IMG/VR virus record: IMGVR_UViG_3300030708_001600 | Coordinates: 1-38,906 of that record | DNA: 38,906 bases | Direction: 5' to 3' (one strand) | DNA from: a virus | Lineage: Duplodnaviria > Caudoviricetes | Part shown: piece by piece, positions 1 to 6,871 of the stretch | Layout: the number at the start of each line of letters is the position of its first letter | Numbering within the stretch: position 1 is the stretch's first letter | Notes under the pieces: generated by a model | Told to the model about the DNA's origin: nothing | Databases searched by the model: none | What the model saw: the letters and a program-made list of their open reading frames with translations, nothing else | Translations under genes and position numbers: made by a program

Positions 1-18
1 CAGGTATGGGACAGTTCA

Positions 19-234
19 ATGACCAATGAAGACTGGCGGTACACAGACGAAAGAATGAGACTCCGTGCTCAGGTTTTCCAGATTCTTCTTTCACGATTCG
101 GATCTAAACTTGACGAGAACGGAAACCCAATGTATAATATGAAATCTATTACGGAGTGCGCCCACGACTGGGTTTCGCAAGGTAATATGAGATCAGATGG
201 TATTGTAAAGTACTATCTCGCCTACTATTCGTAG
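19..234 (+). CDS. hypothetical cyanophage protein
   Basis: 71-aa ORF with GGA upstream, same strand as neighbours; no recognised motif. Confidence 0.7.
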   Translation: MTNEDWRYTDERMRLRAQVFQILLSRFGSKLDENGNPMYNMKSITECAHDWVSQGNMRSDGIVKYYLAYYS

Positions 235-243
235 GTTTTTATT

Positions 244-317
244 GACTCAGTAGCTCAGTGGATTAGAGCAACTGCCTTCTAAGCAGTCGGTCGTAGGTTC
301 GAGTCCTACCTGAGTCG
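244..317 (+). tRNA. tRNA-Arg(TCT)
   Basis: Acceptor GACTCAG/CTGAGTC, anticodon arm ACTGC-CTTCTAA-GCAGT, T-loop TTCGAGT; CCA not encoded. Confidence 0.97.
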
Positions 318-319
318 TA

Positions 320-437
320 ACGGACTTGGCAAACGTCCGTACTCACGTCTCCGAGAGAAAAAAGAATCGGAAATCCAACCCATGTGAGTGAGAGGTGGGA
401 TCCCTCTTGGTGCTACCGCTGCTGACGAGTGGCGGTT
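320..437 (+). ncRNA. candidate structured RNA between tRNA-Arg and tRNA-Asn (family not recognised)
   Basis: Five stems fill the spacer: ACGGAC/GTCCGT, ACTCACGT/ATGTGAGT, TCCGA/TCGGA, GAGAGG/CCTCTT, ACCGCTGCT/AGTGGCGGT; GC-richer than flanks. Confidence 0.6.
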
Positions 438-444
438 ATTTCCT

Positions 445-516
445 TGGCCTATAGTTCAGCGGCAGAACGTCTGACTGTTAATCAGAATGTCCCTGGTTCG
501 ATCCCAGGTGGGCCAG
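445..516 (+). tRNA. tRNA-Asn(GTT)
   Basis: Acceptor TGGCCTA/TGGGCCA, anticodon arm TCTGA-CTGTTAA-TCAGA, T arm CCTGG-TTCGATC-CCAGG. Confidence 0.96.
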
Positions 517-556
517 TTACCGAGGTCTTCTCGGTATATACATAGATTGAATTCAC

Positions 557-718
557 ATGATCGATTTCGATAGTTTTACAGGACGATTTTATCTTTGCTA
601 CAAAGGACGAATTGTATGGTTTGATTGTTATGATCACGCCGAAGACTGGATTCAACTAAACAACCTGGAGGAATACTTCAATGGACTGGGACAGCACAAC
701 GAAAGATCAAAAGCGTAA
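557..718 (+). CDS. small hypothetical protein (53 aa, MIDFDSFTGRFYLCYKG...)
   Basis: Hand-translated ORF below the track length cut-off; overlaps next ORF. Confidence 0.5.
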   Translation: MIDFDSFTGRFYLCYKGRIVWFDCYDHAEDWIQLNNLEEYFNGLGQHNERSKA

Positions 719-872
719 AGATGCATTTCACATCTTTTACGAAAGCGTACTGAAACCAGACCACGAACTACGTCAAGATGCACATGAGCAGAAATGTTAT
801 AATGAACTTCTTGAATGGCGTTCCGAAGTTATTGCTTACTTAGATCGTCGAAGAGTCGAAGAATTCTATTGA
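681..872 (+). CDS. hypothetical cyanophage protein
   Basis: 63-aa ORF with strong GGAGG RBS; stop abuts tRNA-Pro. Confidence 0.8.
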   Translation: MDWDSTTKDQKRKDAFHIFYESVLKPDHELRQDAHEQKCYNELLEWRSEVIAYLDRRRVEEFY

Positions 873-946
873 CGGGGAGTGGCGCAGTTTGGTAGCGCGC
901 TTGCTTTGGGAGCAAGATGCCGCAGGTTCAAATCCTGTCTCCCCGA
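873..946 (+). tRNA. tRNA-Pro(TGG)
   Basis: Acceptor CGGGGAG/CTCCCCG, anticodon arm CTTGC-TTTGGGA-GCAAG, T-loop TTCAAAT. Confidence 0.97.
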
Positions 947-970
947 TCCCCAAATAATTGAGGACTATTA

Positions 971-1168
971 ATGCCAGAAATCATCAAAATCAAAGACATG
1001 GAAGCAAACATGGATCACTATATGGATCGATGTGAAGCAGGAGAAACGTTCTTTATTGAACACGAAGATGGTAAACTGGTTGCAATGGTTCCTGCGAAGG
1101 AATTTGAGGACGCAAAGGAAATCATCAACGACTTCCATTACCAGCATAATCATGACGATGCTTGCTAA
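971..1168 (+). CDS. Phd/YefM-like antitoxin-family protein
   Basis: GAGGA RBS; pattern I.I.D...N...Y.DR.E.GETF.I....GKLVAMVP resembles the Phd/YefM N-terminal domain. Confidence 0.65.
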   Translation: MPEIIKIKDMEANMDHYMDRCEAGETFFIEHEDGKLVAMVPAKEFEDAKEIINDFHYQHNHDDAC

Positions 1169-1186
1169 TTTATCTGAAATAAACTA

Positions 1187-1645
1187 ATGACATTTGAAGA
1201 ACTATTTGAAGGTACTTTTGAAAACGAGAAACAGGCAAAGTCTGGTACTCAATGGTCTTGGATCGTAATCAAGAACGAGAAGATTGACACAGATACCTTT
1301 AGGTGTACTCAAGCGTATAAGTTTGATGAAGATAACCCCTATAAAGAATACATCACCAAGTTTACCTATGACGGTAACAAAGTCTATTCCAGAATGTATA
1401 CTAAAGATCTGGAATACCGCCAAGGTTGTGATCTAGTTTTTGAATTACAAGACGATGGTGTGTGGTATGGTCATAATACCTGTAAAGACTGTTGGGTAGA
1501 GGTTGGTAAAATCAAAGCATATCAACTCTCTGACATCCGTATTAGTGAAGGTCATTACAACATCATTGATGTGGGTGTTGATCCAGTTAAGAGAGACATT
1601 GTTTGGGGTTCCAAATATGGTTATCTCAAGTTTGTGCCAATTTAG
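1187..1645 (+). CDS. cpeT: CpeT/CpcT-like phycobiliprotein lyase
   Basis: FEGTFEN.KQA, NPY, GCDLVF, D.G.D....VWGS.YG..F motifs of T-type lyases; known cyanophage auxiliary gene. Confidence 0.85.
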   Translation: MTFEELFEGTFENEKQAKSGTQWSWIVIKNEKIDTDTFRCTQAYKFDEDNPYKEYITKFTYDGNKVYSRMYTKDLEYRQGCDLVFELQDDGVWYGHNTCKDCWVEVGKIKAYQLSDIRISEGHYNIIDVGVDPVKRDIVWGSKYGYLKFVPI

Positions 1646-1709
1646 CTCAGTTGGATAGAGCAGCTGTTTTGTAAACAGCAGGTCAACGGTTCAAGTCCGT
1701 TAATTGGCT
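1636..1709 (+). tRNA. tRNA-Thr(TGT)
   Basis: Acceptor GCCAATT/AATTGGC, anticodon arm GCTGT-TTTGTAA-ACAGC; overlaps last 10 nt of cpeT. Confidence 0.96.
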
Positions 1710-1888
1710 CTAGTCTCGGACAGACTTAAAACTTGCCCTGGTCGGGATGGGTTTTATGACCCCTCGGGTTTCTTGTTTTTCCATAAGAACAAGTGGTGCG
1801 GATGGGATAACCTCCCGCCAGGTTTCTTGTTTCCTGTCAAAGAACAAGTGGCGTGCATGGCTTTTTGGGGACTGACCGTCCCCACCCA
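1710..1888 (+). ncRNA. manA-like structured RNA
   Basis: Two tandem GGTTTCTTGTTT..AAGAACAAGTGG hairpin units plus GC-rich stems and terminal GGGGAC/GTCCCC hairpin, between two tRNAs; matches my recollection of the tRNA-associated cyanophage manA motif; boundaries approximate. Confidence 0.7.
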
Positions 1889-1971
1889 GTCGGTATGGCG
1901 GAATTGGTAGACGCGCTGGGTTTAGGTTCCAGTGGCTTTATGCTGTGGAGGTTCAAGTCCTCTTACCGACA
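1889..1971 (+). tRNA. tRNA-Leu(TAG)
   Basis: Acceptor GTCGGTA/TACCGAC, anticodon loop TTTAGGT, long variable arm, T-loop TTCAAGT. Confidence 0.96.
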
Positions 1972-1982
1972 TTTTACAAAAC

Positions 1983-2011
1983 TTGACAAAATGTAAAGTT
2001 TACTATATAAT
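1983..2011 (+). promoter_or_regulatory. sigma70-type early promoter for hli genes
   Basis: TTGACA-N17-TATAAT exact consensus. Confidence 0.85.
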
Positions 2012-2035
2012 AGTAACAGTTCTTTACATAAGACA

Positions 2036-2254
2036 ATGACCGTAACAACGAATGAGTATGGCCAACAGAATATGTTCGCCAAAGAACCTCAGATGTATGT
2101 TTCTAAGACCGACGCTGAGCGTTATGGTTACGAGACATATGCAGAACGCGCTGAGAAACTAAATGGTCGCACTGCGATGCTTGGTTTTATTGCAGCAGTT
2201 ATTTCTTATGCTACCACTGGTAGTATTTTCTTCTTCGGTGCCTTCGGCATCTGA
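2036..2254 (+). CDS. hli: high-light inducible protein
   Basis: AEKLNGRTAMLGF chlorophyll-binding helix (ExxNGRxAM) and TTG tail. Confidence 0.95.
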   Translation: MTVTTNEYGQQNMFAKEPQMYVSKTDAERYGYETYAERAEKLNGRTAMLGFIAAVISYATTGSIFFFGAFGI

Positions 2255-2298
2255 TGATTCCCGCACTTTTATCACTAAATTTTTATCGGAGATTTACA

Positions 2299-2406
2299 AT
2301 GAACGAAACAGCAGAACGTTTTAATGGTTGGGCAGCAATGATCGGTATCATTGCAGCATTCGGTGCATACGCAACAACAGGACAGCTTATCCCAGGAGTC
2401 TGGTAA
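2299..2406 (+). CDS. hli: high-light inducible protein (35 aa)
   Basis: Hand-translated MNETAERFNGWAAMIGIIAAFGAYATTGQLIPGVW; GGAG RBS; missed by the ORF track. Confidence 0.95.
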   Translation: MNETAERFNGWAAMIGIIAAFGAYATTGQLIPGVW

Positions 2407-2537
2407 TGGATGTGTTGGCATCTGTAATCCTAGGATTCGGGGTCGCATGGTTGATAATCAATTTTAATACTGATATTGATAATGATGACGATGATCTTGG
2501 TGGTGGCATGATGGTTCCAGCGACAAACCCCATTTGA
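2406..2537 (+). CDS. small membrane protein with acidic DDDDxGGGMMVP tail
   Basis: ATG overlaps hli stop (TAATG); N-terminal hydrophobic helix. Confidence 0.7.
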   Translation: MDVLASVILGFGVAWLIINFNTDIDNDDDDLGGGMMVPATNPI

Positions 2538-2562
2538 CAAAAGACACAATTAGTTGTAAAAT
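2534..2562 (+). promoter_or_regulatory. sigma70-type promoter for petF
   Basis: TTGACA-N17-TAAAAT. Confidence 0.7.
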
Positions 2563-2588
2563 CTAGGTTCGTTCACACACTACGTTTA

Positions 2589-2882
2589 ATGACTTTCAAT
2601 GTTACTCTCATCTCTCCCGACGGCACCACGAATGCCATTACCTGTGAGGACGATCAGTACATTCTCGATGCGGCTGACGAAGCGGGTATTGACCTACCCT
2701 ATTCGTGCCGTGCTGGTGCTTGCTCGACGTGTGCGAGCAAACTTGTATCCGGCACTGTAGATCAGTCTGATCAGTCTTTCCTAGATGATGATCAACTGGA
2801 AGCAGGATTTGTACTCACCTGTGTTGCATATCCTACTTCTGATGTTACAATTAAAACTGAACAAGAGGACTCACTTTACTGA
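2589..2882 (+). CDS. petF: plant-type [2Fe-2S] ferredoxin
   Basis: [13 protein letters not shown]...[12 protein letters not shown]...VLTCVAYP. Confidence 0.98.
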   Translation: MTFNVTLISPDGTTNAITCEDDQYILDAADEAGIDLPYSCRAGACSTCASKLVSGTVDQSDQSFLDDDQLEAGFVLTCVAYPTSDVTIKTEQEDSLY

Positions 2883-3208
2883 TGATTGGAAAACTTGATC
2901 CTGATGAAGACGTTATGGATGATTCTATTATCGCACAACGCAAATCAACTGCTGTGATGAAGTCAATTCATGATGACATCAAAGATACTATCAGCAAACT
3001 CGGTTGGGATTGTTATGATAATGTCACAGTGGAAATTGCTGGTACTTCAGTTTATGAAATTGAAGGTGCAGGAACTAAATGGGCTCCACATAAGGGAACG
3101 GTTAAATATAATAAAGATGCGTTCATTGTGATCAAAAATCTTGATCGCAATCCAACTGTTCCATCTCAACCAAACCCTGAACTGAAAGCCCACCATGCCG
3201 AATCCTGA
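2882..3208 (+). CDS. conserved cyanophage hypothetical protein
   Basis: 108-aa ORF coupled to the petF stop. Confidence 0.8.
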   Translation: MIGKLDPDEDVMDDSIIAQRKSTAVMKSIHDDIKDTISKLGWDCYDNVTVEIAGTSVYEIEGAGTKWAPHKGTVKYNKDAFIVIKNLDRNPTVPSQPNPELKAHHAES

Positions 3209-3347
3209 TGCACTCTGGGAAGACATCCAGAAACTTGATGACTTATATGAGGAACTCCTTTGGGATCCTGATGATGAGTTGCAATTCACACATGATGGTG
3301 AAAAGATCATAATTATCAATAAAACTCAGAGTCTTAAGTATAAATAA
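3195..3347 (+). CDS. small acidic hypothetical protein (50 aa, MPNPDALWEDIQKLDDLYEELLW...)
   Basis: Hand-translated ORF overlapping the previous stop. Confidence 0.7.
   Translation: MPNPDALWEDIQKLDDLYEELLWDPDDELQFTHDGEKIIIINKTQSLKYK
3339..3346 (+). promoter_or_regulatory. T4-type late promoter
   Basis: TATAAATA upstream of a 30-aa ORF. Confidence 0.6.
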
Positions 3348-3367
3348 CTATTCTTTGCACATTTAAA

Positions 3368-3460
3368 ATGGCACTTCTCGCAACAGTTGGTATTTTACTC
3401 GGTACTTTTGTGGGTGCCGCGTTGATGACACAATCAGGTGAAGAGTCTACTAAGACATAA
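3368..3460 (+). CDS. 30-aa membrane peptide (MALLATVGILLGTFVGAALMTQSGEESTKT)
   Basis: Single hydrophobic helix, between a late promoter and a terminator. Confidence 0.55.
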   Translation: MALLATVGILLGTFVGAALMTQSGEESTKT

Positions 3461-3499
3461 TACGCAAATCTAAAATCATTATAAAATATAAACAAATTA

Positions 3500-3543
3500 G
3501 GGTAGAACTCTTATAAAATAAGGGGGTTCTACCCAGTTTTTTT
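3500..3543 (+). terminator. rho-independent terminator
   Basis: GGGTAGAACTC...GGGTTCTACCC stem followed by a T run. Confidence 0.75.
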
Positions 3544-3555
3544 GCCAGTAGTCAC

Positions 3556-3777
3556 ATGAAGAATTTGCACCAGACATACGGTCACTATCTACACACCGAT
3601 AAACTGCTCGACGATCATGATATTAATGAGCGAGTTCTATCATATGGGTGGACCGATGATGGTGAAAAATTAACTGGGTATTATGTCTTGACAGAAAACC
3701 ACCATCTGTACTATAATCTTCAGGACCAATTGGTTGAGAAGGTTCCTTCTGAATCAGTCGCTGGTCGCGTTGCTTGA
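3556..3777 (+). CDS. hypothetical protein
   Basis: 73-aa ORF. Confidence 0.7.
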   Translation: MKNLHQTYGHYLHTDKLLDDHDINERVLSYGWTDDGEKLTGYYVLTENHHLYYNLQDQLVEKVPSESVAGRVA

Positions 3778-3807
3778 CAGATTTGAAAAAATCTGTTAGT
3801 ATAAATA
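3774..3807 (+). promoter_or_regulatory. overlapping early (TTGACA-N17-TAGTAT) and late (TATAAATA) promoters
   Basis: Motifs at 3774-3779, 3797-3802 and 3800-3807. Confidence 0.7.
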
Positions 3808-3918
3808 CTTAACCTTGTGTCAATATTTGTTACAAGGGTATACTTAACTACGGAACTATGTCGAAGTTCCTATCATCCGTGGGTTAAACTCTACGAGAAA
3901 TAACTAAAGGTACAAACA

Positions 3919-4290
3919 ATGATCAAATCTTTCTTCGCTGCTGTTGCAGCTGCTCCTCTCTTCGCTGGTGCTGCAATTGCCGGCCCTTATGTCAATGTAG
4001 AAACGAATGCAGGTTGGACTGGTTCTGACTACACTGGCGCTACTACTGATTTCCATGTGGGCTATGAAGGCGCACTGGGTGACTCTGCTTCCTACTACGT
4101 TCAAGGTGGCGCTAGTCTGGTCTCCCCTGACAGTGGTTCTGATGACACTGTTCCTTCTGGTAAGGCAGGTATCGGTGTTGCTGTTACCGATTCGGTTGGT
4201 CTCTATGGTGAAGTCTCCTTCATCGGTTCTGGTGACGACTCCATCGACCGTGGTTACGGTGGTAAGTTGGGCGTGAAGTACAACTTCTGA
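3919..4290 (+). CDS. small outer-membrane beta-barrel (porin-like) protein
   Basis: Signal peptide ending A-I-A, alternating amphipathic strands, C-terminal GVKYNF (BAM-type terminal Phe). Confidence 0.85.
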   Translation: MIKSFFAAVAAAPLFAGAAIAGPYVNVETNAGWTGSDYTGATTDFHVGYEGALGDSASYYVQGGASLVSPDSGSDDTVPSGKAGIGVAVTDSVGLYGEVSFIGSGDDSIDRGYGGKLGVKYNF

Positions 4291-4314
4291 TCACTTGACA
4301 GTGTGATATAATAT

Positions 4315-4338
4315 AGGGGTCTACGGACCCCTTTTTTT
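4315..4338 (+). terminator. rho-independent terminator
   Basis: AGGGGTC-TACG-GACCCCT followed by T run. Confidence 0.85.
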
Positions 4339-4521
4339 ATGCGCTACCTTCTCCACCCTCTGACTATCATGAATCTACTGATCTGTGGATCTCTTGGGGT
4401 TATTGAATTTGTCCATACTAGAGCACATCACACTTTAGATCAAGATGTCCATGGACATGTCCATAGAGCACTACAAAAAAACCCCGAGTTAGCACGTTCT
4501 ACCTGTTGGGAGTTAGACTAA
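4339..4521 (+). CDS. hypothetical protein with N-terminal hydrophobic segment and His-rich centre
   Basis: 60-aa ORF. Confidence 0.65.
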   Translation: MRYLLHPLTIMNLLICGSLGVIEFVHTRAHHTLDQDVHGHVHRALQKNPELARSTCWELD

Positions 4522-4715
4522 TGAAAAAGAAATTAAAAAAAGCGGTCAAAGAATTCTTTGCACCGAGTATTAAAAACGAACATCTAAGTATTGATGATAA
4601 GATCAATCAACTTAGTGAAAGACTATGTGATCTTGAATCAGATAATTTGAAATTAATTGTTCGGATTGCTCACCTTGAAGCCAAACTTGACAATCACGAA
4701 CATGGAGGGGGTTGA
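4521..4715 (+). CDS. hypothetical coiled-coil protein
   Basis: ATG at 4521 overlaps previous stop, GGGAG RBS; heptad Leu/Ile pattern. Confidence 0.65.
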   Translation: MKKKLKKAVKEFFAPSIKNEHLSIDDKINQLSERLCDLESDNLKLIVRIAHLEAKLDNHEHGGG

Positions 4716-4740
4716 CAGCCCTCTTCTTTTTTTGTATAAT
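4712..4740 (+). promoter_or_regulatory. sigma70-type early promoter
   Basis: TTGACA-N17-TATAAT exact consensus. Confidence 0.85.
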
Positions 4741-4759
4741 ATGGGAAAATCATTTTGTC

Positions 4760-4957
4760 ATGAACTACAAACCTTATTCACCTGAGTGGCATAGGTATCG
4801 TTATCTTAAGGAAGCGATTGATAAATACTTCGAGGATTACGTTGACAACGAAATTATCTACGAAGACATTATGAACATTCTAGGAGATAGAATGTCAAAT
4901 GCAGTCAATGAAGTCAACAAAGTTCTTGATTTAAAAGACAAACTCAAAAAGAACTAA
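4760..4957 (+). CDS. conserved cyanophage hypothetical protein (MNYKPYSPEWHR...)
   Basis: Start moved to ATG 4760, downstream of the promoter. Confidence 0.8.
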   Translation: MNYKPYSPEWHRYRYLKEAIDKYFEDYVDNEIIYEDIMNILGDRMSNAVNEVNKVLDLKDKLKKN

Positions 4958-4958
4958 C

Positions 4959-5270
4959 ATGCTTTCAACCCAGTATCGACTCCGATTGGAGTTCATCTGC
5001 AAAAAGATTGCTAACAACGAAGAAGTAAAACTAGAAGATATGATCTGGGCAGAGAAACTTGCCAAGGCTCATACAACTGCTAGAGATTGGTTGAACAAAG
5101 CACGCCGGCAGTCCAATGGGATTGAGGAGGGCAGTATCGACGATTTTATGAATAAGATGGGACTAGGAGACCCCGACCCATCTAACCATAGAACGGGGTT
5201 TGAAGGTGCTGATGAAATTGTAGACTGGTTCCAACGCGATAAACCTGATGACTGGAGACAACGTGACTAA
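4959..5270 (+). CDS. conserved cyanophage hypothetical protein
   Basis: 103-aa ORF MLSTQYRLRLEFIC...PDDWRQRD. Confidence 0.85.
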   Translation: MLSTQYRLRLEFICKKIANNEEVKLEDMIWAEKLAKAHTTARDWLNKARRQSNGIEEGSIDDFMNKMGLGDPDPSNHRTGFEGADEIVDWFQRDKPDDWRQRD

Positions 5271-5403
5271 ACTGAATATTGCCAAAAATTTGGTAGAGAA
5301 GATTGAAGATCTCTTAGATGGTAAAGCACATTACGTTGAGTGCTCTGACCGTACTACATATCATAAAAAAATTGTAATTGAATACGATCACGAAAACAAA
5401 TGA
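5263..5403 (+). CDS. small hypothetical protein (46 aa)
   Basis: GGAG RBS, GTG start, fills the gap and overlaps the next start (ATGA). Confidence 0.65.
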   Translation: MTKLNIAKNLVEKIEDLLDGKAHYVECSDRTTYHKKIVIEYDHENK

Positions 5404-5642
5404 CAGAAAACGCAGTTCTCTATTCAAAAGAAAATTGTCAGTGGTGCGACCGTGCCAGAATGTTACTTGACAATTTGGACATCGATTATCTCGAATACAA
5501 ATACGAAAAAGATTTTACTAAAGAACAATTCTACGATGAGTTTGGTGAAGGTGCTACCTTTCCCCAGGTGAACTTTGGTTCGACTCACGTCGGCGGATTC
5601 AAGGACACACTGCATTACCTGCAGGACAGACGAGTTATTTGA
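5400..5642 (+). CDS. nrdC: glutaredoxin
   Basis: CQWC active site, TFPQV cis-Pro, GG.D motif. Confidence 0.92.
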   Translation: MTENAVLYSKENCQWCDRARMLLDNLDIDYLEYKYEKDFTKEQFYDEFGEGATFPQVNFGSTHVGGFKDTLHYLQDRRVI

Positions 5643-5667
5643 CAAACCCCCTAACCCATAGTATAAT
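5639..5667 (+). promoter_or_regulatory. sigma70-type early promoter
   Basis: TTGACA-N17-TATAAT exact consensus. Confidence 0.85.
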
Positions 5668-5776
5668 ACAGAGGAAATCAATCAAGTCTTTCGCTTCTGT
5701 GTTAGTTTCTAAATAATCATAGAACTATAGGGGGACACACTTTTTCTCATTAGAAACAAACGCAGGGAGTAAACCA

Positions 5777-6004
5777 ATGATGATAGCTGTTTATGTGTTC
5801 GTAGTTCTCGGAGCATTCCTCATGGGAACTGTAACCTCTTGGGTCGCCAAGGATCATATCGATGCCTTCATCGATAATGCTGCATATGCAAAAGCAGTCA
5901 CGCATCCAGAAATGCTGAACTCTGATGGCACTGTTGATCAGTCTGAACTGTTAACACTAAGCTTTTTGTCAGAAGAAGACTTTGATGACGATGATGACCT
6001 ATGA
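5777..6004 (+). CDS. conserved cyanophage membrane protein with acidic tail
   Basis: GGGAG RBS, N-terminal TM helix, HPEM motif. Confidence 0.8.
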   Translation: MMIAVYVFVVLGAFLMGTVTSWVAKDHIDAFIDNAAYAKAVTHPEMLNSDGTVDQSELLTLSFLSEEDFDDDDDL

Positions 6005-6013
6005 ATTAAGATC

Positions 6014-6868
6014 ATGATTCTCGTTGATATGAATCAGTGCATGATCAGTAACTTGATGATGCAGATTAAAGTCGGTGACAAACTAGATGAAAAACTAGTC
6101 CGACATATGGTACTCAATTCCCTGAGATCTTACAATAGAAAGTTCAGGGAAGAGTATGGAAACATGGTCCTTTGCTACGATAGTAAACACTATTGGCGCA
6201 AGGACTATTTTCCTTTCTATAAACAAAATAGAAAGAAAGACAGAGAAAAATCTAATCACGATTGGAACGCAATCTTTGAAGTTCTGAACAAGATTCGTGA
6301 TGAGATTAGAGAAAACTTCCCATACATTGTAATGGAAGTATCTGGTGCTGAAGCAGATGACATCATCAGTGCTCTGTGTAAGTATTCTTCGGAGACATCA
6401 GATGAAAAGGTGCTAATCCTTTCTGGTGATAAAGACTTCATTCAACTCAAGAAGTTCTCTACTGTTAGTCAGTACAACCCTCTTCAAAAACATTTTGTTA
6501 AAGATGTAGATCCTATTGAATACATCGCAGAACATATCATCAAAGGTGATCGCTCTGATGGTATCCCTAACTTCCTTTCTTCTGATGATACTTTCGTTAC
6601 CAACAAAAGGCAACGACCAATAAGTAAGAAGAACTTAGAGAAGTGGATTTATTCTAGTCCTTCTGTATTCTGCAATACACAGGAGAAACTAGATAACTAT
6701 GAGAGAAACAAGACACTAATTGATCTTGACTGTATGCCTGTAACACTTCGACAGGAAATTGTCGATAAATTTAAAGTGTTAAATAGTAATGATAAAACAA
6801 AGTTGTCGATTGACTACTTCGTCAAGAACGAATTGACTTCACTCATGAATAACTTGGAGGATTTTTAA
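6014..6868 (+). CDS. rnh: T4-like RNase H (5'-3' exonuclease)
   Basis: ILVD, YKQNR, EADDII, SGDKDFIQL, GDRSDGIPN motifs. Confidence 0.96.
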   Translation: MILVDMNQCMISNLMMQIKVGDKLDEKLVRHMVLNSLRSYNRKFREEYGNMVLCYDSKHYWRKDYFPFYKQNRKKDREKSNHDWNAIFEVLNKIRDEIRENFPYIVMEVSGAEADDIISALCKYSSETSDEKVLILSGDKDFIQLKKFSTVSQYNPLQKHFVKDVDPIEYIAEHIIKGDRSDGIPNFLSSDDTFVTNKRQRPISKKNLEKWIYSSPSVFCNTQEKLDNYERNKTLIDLDCMPVTLRQEIVDKFKVLNSNDKTKLSIDYFVKNELTSLMNNLEDF

Positions 6869-6871
6869 ACC

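Noticed and set aside
518-536. Hairpin TACCGAG/CTCGGTA after tRNA-Asn as a terminator
   Set aside because: No U-tract; more likely a tRNA trailer stem.
1704-1910. 68-aa ORF in the track
   Set aside because: Overlaps two tRNAs and the manA-like RNA; no RBS or protein-like composition.
2328-2405. N-terminal extension of ORF 2328-2537
   Set aside because: This stretch is the second hli gene in another frame; the real start is ATG 2406.
4295-4312. TTGACA and TATAAT after the beta-barrel gene
   Set aside because: Only 6 nt apart, so not a canonical sigma70 promoter.
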